Of a stretch of 64,000 nucleotides of DNA, positions 26,668 through 39,769 are shown in pieces. The stretch's first letter is position 1. Every line of letters begins with the position of its first letter. A program made the translations under genes and the position numbers. Under the pieces are notes generated by a model. The model worked only from the letters and a program-made list of their open reading frames with translations, had not been told where the DNA came from and made no database searches. The DNA is from Eledone cirrhosa (lineage: Eukaryota): positions 49,104,001 through 49,168,000 of the forward strand of contig OZ024752.1 in NCBI GenBank assembly GCA_964016885.1, written 5' to 3'.

Positions 26668-27049
26668 ATTTCCTGAAAACTTAGTTAAGTTTAGAGAAGT
26701 CATGTGGAAATATATATACATATTTTTACAACATTGTCTTTGAATTATGCATATTTATATTCATTGAAAATTTATCTCATTGCACAGTTTATAAAATCAA
26801 TTTTAAAAGAAATGGAAACATACAGCAGCCCTCATATGAGCTAAAAACTTTATGGTCTGACATAAAAGATGAATGAAATAACTAAGAAACCAATTTCTAA
26901 ACTTTGATACAACTTTTTTTTAATTACTGTAGATCAGTGTCATTTGTCAACATTTAGATAATACACTGCCAAAACGGGGGAAAAAATGCATTTATGAATA
27001 TATTCATAAACTTGCATGCATATATTATTGACAGATAGCTCCATGCCTC

Positions 27050-27396
27050 TATATATAGATATATATATAATTGTATACATATATACATATATATATATAT
27101 ATAGATATATATATAAATGTATGCATATATACATATATATATATAGAGAGATATGTAAATCTATACATATATACATATATATATATATAGATAGATATGT
27201 AAATGTATACATATATACATGTATATATATAGAGAGAGATATGTAAATATATACATATATATATATAGATAGATATGTAAATGTATACATATATACACAT
27301 ATATATATATATATAGATATGTAAATGTATACATATATACACATATATATATAGAGAGATATGTAAATGTATACATATATACATATGTATATATAA
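27050..27396. repeat. TA-rich minisatellite (core gatatgtaaatgtatacat with variable (TA)n)
   Basis: About 8 visible units. Confidence 0.85.
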
Positions 27397-27503
27397 TAGC
27401 CAATGCATGTAAATACATGCATAATAATCTACATATTAAGACATACAATACCCAATATATCTAAAACAACCAGATGCATGCACATGTAAGTATTGAAATT
27501 ATA

Positions 27504-27552
<49 letters not shown>

Positions 27553-29742
27553 AAGAGAAAGAGAGAGAGAGAGAGAGAGTGTATGTGTGTATTATTATCA
27601 TTGCAAAAATAATTATCTATGAAAAATTATGCATGATGCTTAAGAAATAAGTGGTTTGTCAAAGAATAAAATTATATATTCTCGTTTTCATAATTGTTCA
27701 TTTATTCTTTGTGTTGTTGTGACAATTTAATATGACAACGGGTCAGAAGATACATTTTTATATTCATTTAAATAAAAAAAAAATAAAAAACACAGAAAAA
27801 TCAATATCCTTTTGATGACAATTGCTATTGTATAATAGCACAAAGTAGATGTTGTAAGGAAGATTTATGAAAATTCTTTGATTTTATTCTTATAAAAAAG
27901 AACAATTAAATTTTAAATCATGGAAAGGAAATTTTAAGATTTTTTCTAATATATTCCTTTTTATGAATATTATCACAATCAATTCTTTAGTTTCAGTCTA
28001 TTATGTTATTTTTGCTTTGAAAGAAGATTAGACAAAATATTGTCAATCTTTGTAACATAAAAACAACTCACAATAGCTTTTTTTTGTAATAGTATACTCA
28101 TTCTCTAACTGCTGTTAGATGCATTTGTAAACTTCACAATAGATGAGTGATATAGACACAATAGAAACTTAGTCACAAAGATCAATCAATGAAGAATCTT
28201 GTCAGTAGGAATTACAGTATTCATATAACTAAAGAAATATATATATATATTCTTTACATATATAGCATAAAATATATCTTTGAAAATGTTCTAAGGATAA
28301 ATGAAATAATCTAAACTTTTGAACCGAAAAATCAATGCAATATTTTAATAAAATCTCAGATTTTAATACAAATGTAAATTCTACATGAGGTTACAATGTA
28401 CGTTTTTGATCTATGTTACATTCAAAAATTATCTTTTATCACAACAGAAAGAGCAATGAACAACATACAAAATCATTTCTCATATCATAATACAAAACAA
28501 ATACCATACAGAACAGACAGCATTATAAAGAAGATTTGAAAATCCATTATTTACCTCCAATATCCTCACCAATTAATGAACTAAGAAGATAAACAATTCA
28601 TCTATTAATAAACTTTTGAAGATTTTCACAAATTTGAATGTGCCATGTATCAAAATAGTTCAATTTATTAATTATCAGCAGTTTGCAATATTAATAAAAA
28701 ATGGAATTTATAAAGCTCATGTGAAATATAGCAAGATGCTTTAAAAAGACAATAGAATTATAGAAGATAGAATTTACTTTATTTATGGTATTTAAGAAAA
28801 TTCAAATGCATTTGTTAATTAAAAATATATTTTAAATTAAAAAATAAACTTAAGTATATTCGTTGAAAGTCCAGTATTGTTTTCTTTACTAAAAGTTACT
28901 AATGTTATCTTACATTATAAAACAGATTATAAATGTGTTTTGTATAATTAAAGGAAATTTTGTAGACTAGAAAACATTATGAACATTTTTATCAATTTAA
29001 ACAGTATATTGCTTTTTAATTAAATGTTTGAATGATTCTTACAAAAAAAAAAAAAAATTGAGAAATATTATTTAGAAAATCATAACCACACAATTGTGTT
29101 CACACTTCATTTCTGGTGCTTCTCTAGACAGCAGAGTGAGTACCTACAATGAAAATGTAAGTATCATTGAACAAGCTTCAACAAGAAGGCTTGGTTGCTT
29201 TAGACTCACTAAACTACAACATTGACTATAAGATTTTGCAATGATTAAATTATATAAGGGGAGATAATCTTTCAACTAATAAGCAAATTAATTAAAACAA
29301 ATTTCTATGCTTACTACACTCTTTAAAATTATTAATGTTTAATAGGGCATCCAGTCATAGAAACCATGCTGAAAATAGAACACACCACGAGCAAGACCTG
29401 GATCTCCAGCATTTCTATATTCTGACTGTAATGACTCATCCAACCCATGCCAGCTTAAAAAGTATAATGATGATGATGATGATGATGACAACTTGAAAGT
29501 TGTATCTTTCGAAATGTAAACATATTTTTCTTTGTACCAAAATCTTTCTGACAGAACTTTAGAAATGAAAGCAAATTTATTTCGCATCTTTAAAAATTAT
29601 ATTGAACTGTATCCAAAATATAATTTATCAATATAAATATATAATTTATATCAGGGAACAGCAACCTCTTTTTACAGTGGCTCTTCTTTCATTTGTTGTT
29701 TAATTTTACCAATGACCCACATGTATTTTATAAAATATCTTC

Positions 29743-30010
29743 TTCACCCAGGGTCGTGGGGGGCAGATTCCTCAAACACTTCCTGTCAGAGGCTACCATC
29801 TCCAAACGATCCAGCTCTGGATCCTCAAGCATGAGCAACCAAGCTCATAGATGTTATCCAACTATAGTGCTTGTGATCTACCCCTGGATCTCCTACCTGT
29901 TGGTTTTTGCCCGTAAAATCTGTCCAGCAATTCTTTCCCAAGACATATCTTACAAACGAAATGTTGTAAGATGGGAGGAACCCAATGTGTACACCTTCAT
30001 GTTCCACCAC
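29743..30010 (-). mobile_element. Rex3/Expander-like RTE LINE 3' fragment
   Basis: Reverse complement homologous to the 15787 copy, extending further 5'. Confidence 0.7.
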
Positions 30011-30119
30011 AAGTTGTGAGCTTCGAATTTATATGATACCAGAAAACCACTTATTTATTATGTTTTCAAATTACTAGCATACATGACAAAATTGGCAGAA
30101 CTGTACATAGCTATATATA

Positions 30120-30350
30120 TCATCATCATCATCATCGTTTAACGTCCATCTTCCATGCTAGCATGGGTTAGACAGGAGTTGTGCCAACTTGAGGCAAGGT
30201 TGGTCGGGTGACCGTGTCTTGCTCATATAGGACTGTCTGGCAGGTTTTCTAGAGCTGGATTCCCTTCCTAACACCAACCACATTTACAGTGTGGAACTGG
30301 GAACTTTTTACCCTGTTACCTACATGGCCACATTACAGCGTGGACTGTGA
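30120..30350 (-). mobile_element. SINE family B
   Basis: catcatcatcgtttaacgtccatcttccatgctagcatggg... Confidence 0.8.
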
Positions 30351-30429
30351 GTAGTTTTTTAATATACATATATGTGTATATATATACATGTGTATATATA
30401 TATATACATGTGTATATATATATACATAT

Positions 30430-31015
30430 ATATAGCTAACAGAACAGCACATCACTGTATATGTGTATATTTATATAGCTGAACTATACATCACTAAACA
30501 TGCATATATATGTATATATTTATATAACTCAACTGTACATCACTATATACCATTGAACGATGGTTGTAGATCGTTTATTAGTATACATGACAAAATAGTT
30601 GAATTATACATCACTGTACATGTGTATATATACTTATATAACTGAACTGTACATCACTAAACATGTGTATGTATATATATTTATATAGCTGAACTATACA
30701 TTACTATATATGTATGTGTATATATATAGCTGAACTGTACATCACTAAACATGTGTATGTGTTTATATTTATATATATAGCTGAATTGTACATTACTATA
30801 TATCTGTATGTGTATATATTTATATAGCTGAACTGTACATTAGTATACACCATCAACTGATGGTGCAGGGTAGTAGTGTTGGTGATAGTGTTAGTGGTGT
30901 GTAGTAGTCTTTGTGGTGTGTGGCAGCGATGGTGGTTATGGTGGTGATGATGGTTGTATATGGTTTATTAGTATACATAACAAAATGGCGGAACTCTACA
31001 TCACTATATACCATC
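30430..31015. repeat. Nested minisatellite: ~22-bp core atagctgaactgtacatcacta with TA/TG spacers
   Basis: About 10 cores; a larger unit ttagtatacatgacaaaat recurs at ~30071, ~30577 and ~30968. Confidence 0.8.
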
Positions 31016-32033
31016 AGATTTGCCCAGAGATTATGTTTAGTTTACTGTTGTTATATAGGTTATCACATTTATTTGATTCTATGCAACATTGTTGAAATAT
31101 AATTTTTCCTATGTAAGTTAATAAATTCATGCAGAAAAACATCAAAGGATCACTGAGTTTTTTTTTCAATATTTTGTCACATCTTACATACAGCATCACT
31201 TTTCTACAGCAAACAAATGGAATCAAGATAATTTATGTTTTCCGATCTTAATTCATTTTAAGTAAATATAGAGAAAGTATGATAATATTGACATTCTACT
31301 CAAGTTTGCCTATAATCCTAACATTCTTTACTTTTTATTCCATGGTAAAGAATCAATAATATAAAACAAAATTATTCCAGATTTCGTATATGACATGTCT
31401 ATGTGATTAAGAGTAATTTTTGCTTCTAAGAAAACAGAAATTTACTTTTTGTATTTTGATAAGAATAAAACTGAAAGTTTCCATAATTAAAGTGTTGTGT
31501 ACTTACTGATGTGCGGCAGTAAAATAGAATAAAAAAAAAATTTTATTTAAGGAAAGTAAACATTCATTTTTTCTTAAGAGGATCAATCTAATTAATAAAA
31601 CTTAAGAGAACAAACTTTATCTACTTTAGATATTTATGCACAACCATTTATTATCTTCAAATAGCTTCCATTAAATCTGTGCAATCAATAATTATAGATG
31701 AAGATTACCTTTTAACTTAAATTTCAGTCACCTTCTTTTTAAGATAATACTTGCTTTTCTATAGACAAACCCATAAAATGAATAATAATTCTGTTGTTTA
31801 ATTTTTCTTTTTTTTAACTTAAGGTCAAATATATTTTAATTATTACTAAAAATTCTTCCTTTGAATATATAAACCTGAACAATATTAAAACAGGGATGAA
31901 CTTAATTATGAAACTATCATAAAAATTCTTTGAAAAATATTTTAAAAAAGAAGTTAGGTGTGATTAGTAGTAAAAACTTGATAAAATATATAAATGAAAA
32001 GTAAATTTAGTTTCTTCTTAATCAAGTTTCTAT

Positions 32034-32182
32034 ATCATCATCATCATCATCATCATCATCATTTTATGTCTGCTTTTCCCTGCTTGCAAGGGTGGGACGG
32101 GTCCTATTCAACACAGCATCTCTCCACTTGTCATGGTCCTACGTCATCTCCTCTGTGAGCTTCAGAGATCTGAGGTCTGCTA
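32034..32182 (-). mobile_element. Retroposon 3' end (family C)
   Basis: (CAT)n then tttatgtctgcttttccctgcttgcaagggtggg. Confidence 0.65.
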
Positions 32183-32517
32183 TATGTGTGAACTATGTGG
32201 AGCAGACAATTTAATCTTCAGCATTTTTTTTTTATGTTCCAGATCCTTATATAAAAATGTACATTGATGTTTAAAAGGAAACATAACATCAGGTTTTTTT
32301 GCGGATTGAGAAAATTCAGGAAAAGAATGATAGGAAAAAAAGAGTTAAAGTTTTCTTCCTTATCAGGTGATGTAGTTTCTTGTGGAACAGGACATTAAGA
32401 GTTTTACAGATTTTTTTTTGTAATTTCTAAAATAATATTTTTTCGTTACTTGAGTTCAATACAGGCCCTCTGCAATGTTATATATGTAACGTATATTTTA
32501 ATTATGGGACATCCTAG

Positions 32518-32737
32518 CCCTTTAGTATTTAAACTGGCCATATCCAGCCAGGATTTTTTCACCTCTTTCTGTTCAAATTGGCTGTAACTGGCTGCTCATA
32601 CTGATGTTAAGGTATTGTTCTCAAAATAAATAATACCAACATCTCATAGATACAATATTATGTGAAATAATTATATGAGGAAAAGCTTTACCATGAAAGT
32701 ATAATAGTAAATATAGAGTAATGTAAATGCTAAAGGG
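32518..32737 (+). mobile_element. Full-length piggyBac-type MITE family 1 with CTAG TSD
   Basis: ctag|CCCTTTAGTATTTA ... TAAATGCTAAAGGG|ctag. Confidence 0.85.
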
Positions 32738-33573
32738 CTAGGAGGCGAGCAAATTGAAAATTGGATTTTTCAGTTATGTAAATCAATAAAAGTCTCATAA
32801 ATGAGATAGCATAAGACTAATAAACATGGAAATGTTATATTATAGATCCATCAAGTCTATAAAGCAAAGAATAAATAAAATAATAACAACAATAATAATA
32901 AGCATAGTATATTTCTAATTTTTTCTACCCTTGCTGTTTTAAAAGATTATTTTTTCAGCTACCTTTCTATTAAATAACAACATTTTTTATTTTTAAAAGT
33001 GATTGTGCCATAATTAATATCACTGTTATCTTAATTTCTTTTTGTTGCTTCAGGGTTCATAATTTCATTTGAATAAATAAAAAAAATATCCTAATCTGTA
33101 TTGAAAGTTCAACTTATTCACCCCAATTTTAAAAGAGTGCTAAATTTTTCCTGAAAATATTAAAAATTTTTCAGTTGAAAATCCACTTAGCTATGATTTT
33201 CTTCAATTCTGTTTTGATCTATCTTGTGTGGAGAGATACTGTACTTTGTACTCTATGTACTCTATGTACTATTAGAGAAGGAATATTTTTTTTAATTTTA
33301 TTTAAAACCTGATTATATGATGAAAGACTATCATGCAAGCAATGAAAGACATGTAGAATTTCCAAGGCAACAACCTGGTAAAATGTCTTTTAAAAGCAAG
33401 ACAGTATTATTTCTTTTCAATTGTCATAGAGGTCATGTACCAGATGTACTCGTAGATAAGTCAGTGTTTTAATTTTAATAAAAACCCAGCATGAAATACT
33501 ACATGCAACTTATCTATCAAACCTTGTTGTGTGCTTGAAATTCATAGCACACACACACACACATACATATATA

Positions 33574-33925
33574 ATAACTGTTTCTACTTTTGGCACAAGG
33601 CCAGCAATTACCCAGTGCATTACTGGTACTTTATTTTATCAACCCCGTAAGGATGAAAGGCAAAGTTAACCTCGGCGGGATTCAAACTCAGAATGGCAAC
33701 GGCCGTAAATCTATGAGTCAAAGCATGGCGTTCGACCCTCTACCGATACTGCCAAATGGTTTCTTATATAGGCACAAGGCCAGCAATTTTTTTTTGGGGG
33801 GGGGGGGGGAAGAATCGATTAAATCGATCCCAGTGCATGACTGCCTTTTATCTTTACGGGGGTTGATAAAATAAAGTACCAAAGTTAACATCGGCAGGAT
33901 TTGAACTCAGATCATAAAGGGTCCA
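33574..33925 (-). mobile_element. Two tandem SINE A copies (short form 33574-33755; long form 33756-33925 with internal inversion)
   Basis: Homology to other copies. Confidence 0.85.
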
Positions 33926-34144
33926 AATCCTGTTGATGTTACACACACACACACACACACATACATAATAACAGCAAGTGATTGAGTATGAAGATGGGTT
34001 GGTTATATCAATATTCACTCTATATGAATTTCAGCATTTTAAACAAATATATATTGATATTTCACACAACGATAATCCTGTCAATATGTGTGAAACTTAT
34101 TTGTAGTTTTCCATCACTTGGCTGCAATTTCTGATGTTCATTAA

Positions 34145-34807
34145 CCCTTTAGCATTTACATTATTCCATATATAATATTGTATTTTCATGGTAAAGGCTT
34201 TATCTCACATAGCATTTACATTATTCCATATATAATATTGTATTTTCATCGTAAAGGCTTTATCTCACATAGCATTTACATTATTCCATATATAATATTG
34301 TATTTTCATGGTAAACGCTTTATCTCACATAGCATTTACATTATTCCATATATAATATTGTATTTTCATGGTAAAGGCTTTATCTCACATAACATTTACA
34401 TTATTCCATATATAATATTGTATTTTCATGGTAAAGGCTTTATCTCACATAGCATTTACATTATTCCATATATAATATTGTATTTTCATGGTAAAGGCTT
34501 TATCTCACATAGCATTTACATTATTCCATATATAATATTGTATTTTCATGGTAAAGGCTTTATATCACATAACATTTACATTATTCCATATATAATATTG
34601 TATTTTCATGGTAAAGGCTTTATCTCACATAACATCGAATCTATGAGATTGTGATATTATTCATTTTGATATATATATTTGATATTCCTTTTGATACATA
34701 TTATTCATTTTGAAAATAATACCGTATGAGTGGCCAGTTATGGCCAGTTTGAACAGAAAGAGGTGAGAGAATTCCAGCCAGATACAGCTGGTTTACATAC
34801 TAAAGGG
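34145..34807 (-). mobile_element. piggyBac-type MITE family 1 with TTAA TSD, expanded by an internal 60-bp x8 array
   Basis: ttaa|CCCTTTAGCATTTA ... tactAAAGGG|ttaa; array 34151-34630. Confidence 0.9.
34151..34630. repeat. 60-bp tandem repeat x8
   Basis: Units in exact register with the 60-nt lines; only scattered substitutions. Confidence 0.97.
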
Positions 34808-35354
34808 TTAATGGTACCAGTTAATCTGTTTCTTTCAGGCACAAATCACATTGCTTTGATATCTATGGCTCTAGGTCTTTTTCTGGACTGCACTAAAAAT
34901 GATTCTCATTATTTTAGCTGTTTACTTCTTATTTAAATTCCACTACACCAAAATTACAATTAGCATTCATAAAAAGAAACAGGCAACTTATGTACAGGTC
35001 AAAGGTTGGAGACAGAATATTATCAGCACAAAGGGGTGGAGGGGTGACTCATCTATCACTGCAATACATAGATGAGTATAGAGAGTGTTTTAAAGGTGGA
35101 GGAAATGAGAATGGAGAGCAATCAAATTGGATTGTGAGCCTAAGGGAAATGAAAGTGCTTCAGCCAATAACAAAACCATTCAGTCAGTATATTGACAATT
35201 ATTATATTGATTAATGTGAAATATCAATAATATTGACTAATATTTGGAGGTTCTTCACATCTTAACTTAAGACAATGCTATTCAAAATTTACCAAAATAA
35301 TAAATTATTAAAGAATATGTTTTTCTTTGCATTAAATTATAATAAGTGCATACA

Positions 35355-35535
35355 GGGCAGTGTATTGGCAGTATTGGTAGAATGTCAGACACCATGCTTT
35401 GCAGCATAGAGTTGTGGTCCTTTACGTTCTGGGTTAGCTTGGTTTTACATCCTCACCTGGTTGGTAAAATAAAACACAAATAACACACTGGGGCCAATTT
35501 AATCGACTTTCCCCTCCACCCAAATTACTGGCTTC
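35355..35535 (+). mobile_element. Old long-form SINE A copy
   Basis: agggcagtgtattggcagtattggtagaatgtcagac head and aatcgactttcccc tail. Confidence 0.7.
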
Positions 35536-35989
35536 ATTAAATTATAATTAGCTATATGGTTAAAACATTTGCTATACATTCCGATGGGTTCAGGTTTGAC
35601 CCCCATTATGTGAAACTCTTAGCAAGTGTTTTCTAGTATAAGCTTAGGTTGACCATAACCTTGTGAGTGAAATTTAGTAGACAACAAATAAGCAGATGCC
35701 CATTGTACATAAATGTTATTTATGCTGTGTCCTGGCCCTGGGAGATCAGCAGTCCTGCTTCAGTACTGACTTGGTCTATATTGACCAGTCCAACTTTCGC
35801 TATTAGAGAAAGCAGATGTTAAAACAACAATGATGATGTCCCTTTATACTCCCTAACTTAGTACTTGAACAAATAGTGATTGTCAAAATAAGTACCAGAC
35901 TAAAGTAAGTACTACCTTTGAAGGTAGTGCTCCAGCAAGACCACAGTCTAAAGACTGAAGCAAGTCAAAGACAATATAAAATTATATAT

Positions 35990-36205
35990 ATAAGAATGGA
36001 TGAAGTAGAAAGCAGATAGACCATTACTCACCAGTGTAGTCGATACTCAAACGGATCTAGCTGTTGAAACGACAGGAGCTCAGCCATTGGGGTCCCAAAT
36101 CCTTTATATATATATATATATTTATATGTTCTACTACATTTATCGAGTACTCTGTTGAGTAATGGTCTAACCAGTTTTAAACTGGCTCTATCCTATTTTA
36201 TACAT
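35990..36205. mobile_element. (TA)n-embedded inverted-repeat element, same family as 43010-43192
   Basis: tagaccattactca..gtcgata and tatcga..gagtaatggtcta are inverted; gagctcagcc..ggggtcc shared with 43172-43192. Confidence 0.5.
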
Positions 36206-38010
36206 ATATTTATATATATATATGTATAACCCACTGAATCACAGGGACAATACTTCATATAGGATAACTTAAACAAGTTAGTACTGTAATTAAAATATAC
36301 AAACAAAACCCAAAGAAGAAACAACATATTTTGTACATAAATTCTATAATATTTGACTTCATAACTTCCTTTTCTTGATTGCTATAAACATATAGAAATC
36401 TTTAAAATATTTTCTAAATATTTGTTGAAATTTCTGGCTCTTTAACATTTTTATTATTATTATTATTTTATCATATTATTATTTTTAAAGCCTCTGTTTA
36501 TTTACTGGTATCAAACAACTAGTGTACATTAAATGTTGGCAATTATAGCAGCTTAAATTTCATTTTAGATAAGCATTTTAGTGTTATCCCTTCATCTTAA
36601 CTGTAGAAAATATTTAATTTTAAATTTTCGAAAATTATGAAATCATCCATACTGATATAAAGAGGAAAAAATGGAAAACTGTTAAATATATGACTTCTAC
36701 ATAATATGTGGAGATAGCAGCAGTCATTAGCAAAGTTTTACTCATTTATATTTAGCAGTATCATATGAAAGTATGTAAATTTTTATTAGATTAAAAGGTG
36801 AATTGCTTTGTTTACAATAATTAAAGCATAAAACAAGACAATTATTGTTACTTGGTAGAAGCTTAAATAAAATGTTCTCAATTGATAAAATAATTAGATT
36901 TTTCAGACAATAGAATAAATCACGTTTCTTTTATCATACAATTAAAGTTTTACAATTTTTATTTCCTTTTATAAATAATTTTTTTCAGAAACTATTCAAA
37001 TTATAACTCTTCTCCTGCAAAACAAAATTTATATTTAAATATTTCTCGCTTCTATATTGAATTGGACCAGTTTAATTATATTTATTTGTTTTCCCGAAAA
37101 TTGAAAACCTATCATGAACTGCTTCCTGAAACAAGGAAAATTTTTACATAAATAAAATTGGAAAAGTCTTTTAGAGAATTTAAACTGCAGATTTTCATTG
37201 AAGAAATCTCCAAGAAGTTACTTTAATGAATGAAAATTAATGATAATAATTGTGAAGTTTCTTTCGTTAGGCCAACAGCTTTCTCTATCAATCTTAATTT
37301 TTGATTAAAATGAACTTTATATATTTAATCTCGATTGCATTCTAAGGAAAAGAAAGGAAATTTGCAAAGTAACTTTAATAATTTTGAAAATTGGGTATTT
37401 AGTGATTTCAGATTGTGTAAATTACAATTAAGAAAGAAAAAAAAAACCCACAGCGAAGGAGCCTTTATGTGGTCATTCAATTGGCTAGAAATAGCAACCA
37501 AATCTCTTTCAAAACATATTCCATCATCTTAAAAAGGACACATTGGTTAATATACTCTGGGCTATATTATGCCATATACTACGAGGCATCTCATCTAATT
37601 CTCTTATAATTCCACCAATCTTCTCCCTCAATCTGATGCTATATTTCTTTAACTCAAAAGGATGAAAGGCAAAATTAGGAGGAGTTGTAAGCAAAGCAGA
37701 TGACAACACTGGAAAAGGCATTTAATAAAGATGGTCGAAAAGTAGTGAGAAGGTAGTAGAAGGTAATCATTATTATAAGTTACTATAGGTTCACCCAGGT
37801 GAGCACTCGATGTTTAGGTTCACATCAGTGACGATGTGTAGAGCTAGACAGAGTGTAATATAATATACAAGGACGATTTGTTAAGACTTCATTTACGTTT
37901 ATTGATTGGTGACATGCATTTCGCTATTGATCAGATCAAGGTTCAATCTGTATTGATCTGGCCCGACTCTGGAATCAAAAGCTCATCGGACCTCTGTTGT
38001 AGTAATGACA

Positions 38011-38046
<36 letters not shown>

Positions 38047-38052
<6 letters not shown>

Positions 38053-38095
38053 ATAATAAATGTGAAGACTAAAATCCGAAGAAGGCTCGATAAGG

Positions 38096-38164
<69 letters not shown>

Positions 38165-38291
38165 ATAGAGGAAATATTTATTATAAGAACAGATGAAAGT
38201 TTAAGCAAAGAATCGTTGCTTTCACCCTTAAAGTTAAGGGTGAAAGCAGCGATTCTTTGCTTAAACTTTAATCTGTTCTTATAATAAATAT
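38047..38291. mobile_element. (TA)n-embedded fold-back repeat (same family as 3940-4170)
   Basis: tagtaataataaatgtgaagactaaaatcc start; palindrome 38174-38291. Confidence 0.65.
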
Positions 38292-39351
38292 ATATATATA
38301 TGTATGTATGTGTGTGTGTGTGTATATACATATATAGATATACACACGCGCATATATCTGTATAGGTAAATGACACAAAGCCGTCTTAGTTAACATCAGT
38401 TAAACTAATATTGGTTTTGTGGAAAGTTCATGGGACAATGACAAAGTTGTCTTGTAAATAATGCTACAGAATATTCATAGTACCTTTGACATATCAGAAT
38501 TATCGATAACTGCTACCATAAAATGTATTATCATACATATCATAGTTGAGCTATGAGTCACATACCAACTGACATCTAGGTCTGCCACAAATGTAAAGGG
38601 AAATAGGACATATTACTTGCATAAAAGAAAAATGCAGTTCTTGAAACAGATACTGTATGCTGCACTGCAGTCTGTATACTGATGACATAATGCATACATT
38701 GTAAGGTATTCAAAACTACTGATTTCCCTTCTATATTTTCCTCCTCTTCTTCTGCTTCTTCTTCTTCAATGGAAGGAAGGGATGATATAACTTATAACTA
38801 TTCTTGAATCATGCAGATTCCATACTAATGTAGGCAACAACAAATAAGAACATTCCTCTTTCTATAGAATAATAATGTAAATTAACTTTCCTTATTCCAA
38901 GCCATAATCTATCTATACTTTCAAACACTTTCATTATTATTCACATTAATCAAAGTACAGCCAGCCTCATATAAATATAAGCAATAAATCATGAGAAAAA
39001 CACTACACACTAGCTAAGTAATAGTGGCTCCATAGAAAAATCCACATTAATCTAGATAAACATGAACAACTTAAGTGTAAATTGATTCAAGACAAAAATG
39101 GAAACTTGGCTTCTAGTCAAAATCAAATAGATAAAAGATTCAAAACTAATTTTTTTTTTTTTTTTTTTTTCCAAAAAATAAAATATTAGCCATTTATAAA
39201 ATAAAATAGTTTTTTGTCAATGAATTTTTAGAACACTGCTTTCTTATATTGTAGATGTAGCAGTAATTTCAATAATAATAGTAGGTTTTAAGTTTATAGA
39301 TACTAATTATTCTGTATGAAATTATGGGGTTTTCCAGATATTTTAATATCT

Positions 39352-39630
39352 GTAAATGTGGATGGTGTTAGGAAGGGTATCCAGCCATAGAAAACCTGCC
39401 AGATACAGTCCTATATGAGTGAGACATGGTCACCCAATCAATCTTGCTTCAAGTGGGACAATTCCCGTCTAACCCATGCTAGGTGGAAGATAGACGTTAA
39501 ACGATGATGATGGTGAGGATGAAAACAGTTCTACATGAGCAAGACAGTCATCTGACCTAACTTGCTTCAAACAGGACAAACTGTCTAACCCATGCTAACG
39601 TGGAAAGTGGACGTTAAATGATAATGATGA
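39352..39630 (+). mobile_element. Two tandem SINE B 3' ends
   Basis: aacccatgcta..gtggaa..gacgttaaa..gatgatg twice. Confidence 0.7.
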
Positions 39631-39769
39631 AAACAGTTCAATAAATATATTTCTTTCACTGATCATCTTTTCACTCTTCAGAGTTCATACCAGTTTAGAA
39701 AAAGAGAGATAGTAACGATAATATTGGTCGGCTCTATGCACGACGATGCTTTGGGGTCAGTGGCTGAGG

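Noticed and set aside
30430-31015. CRISPR-like repeat-spacer appearance (also the arrays at 39816 and 45788)
   Set aside because: Eukaryotic context, spacers are low-complexity or identical, and there are no cas genes.
34178-34654. 158-aa ORF with 20-aa repeats
   Set aside because: By-product of the 60-bp array within a MITE
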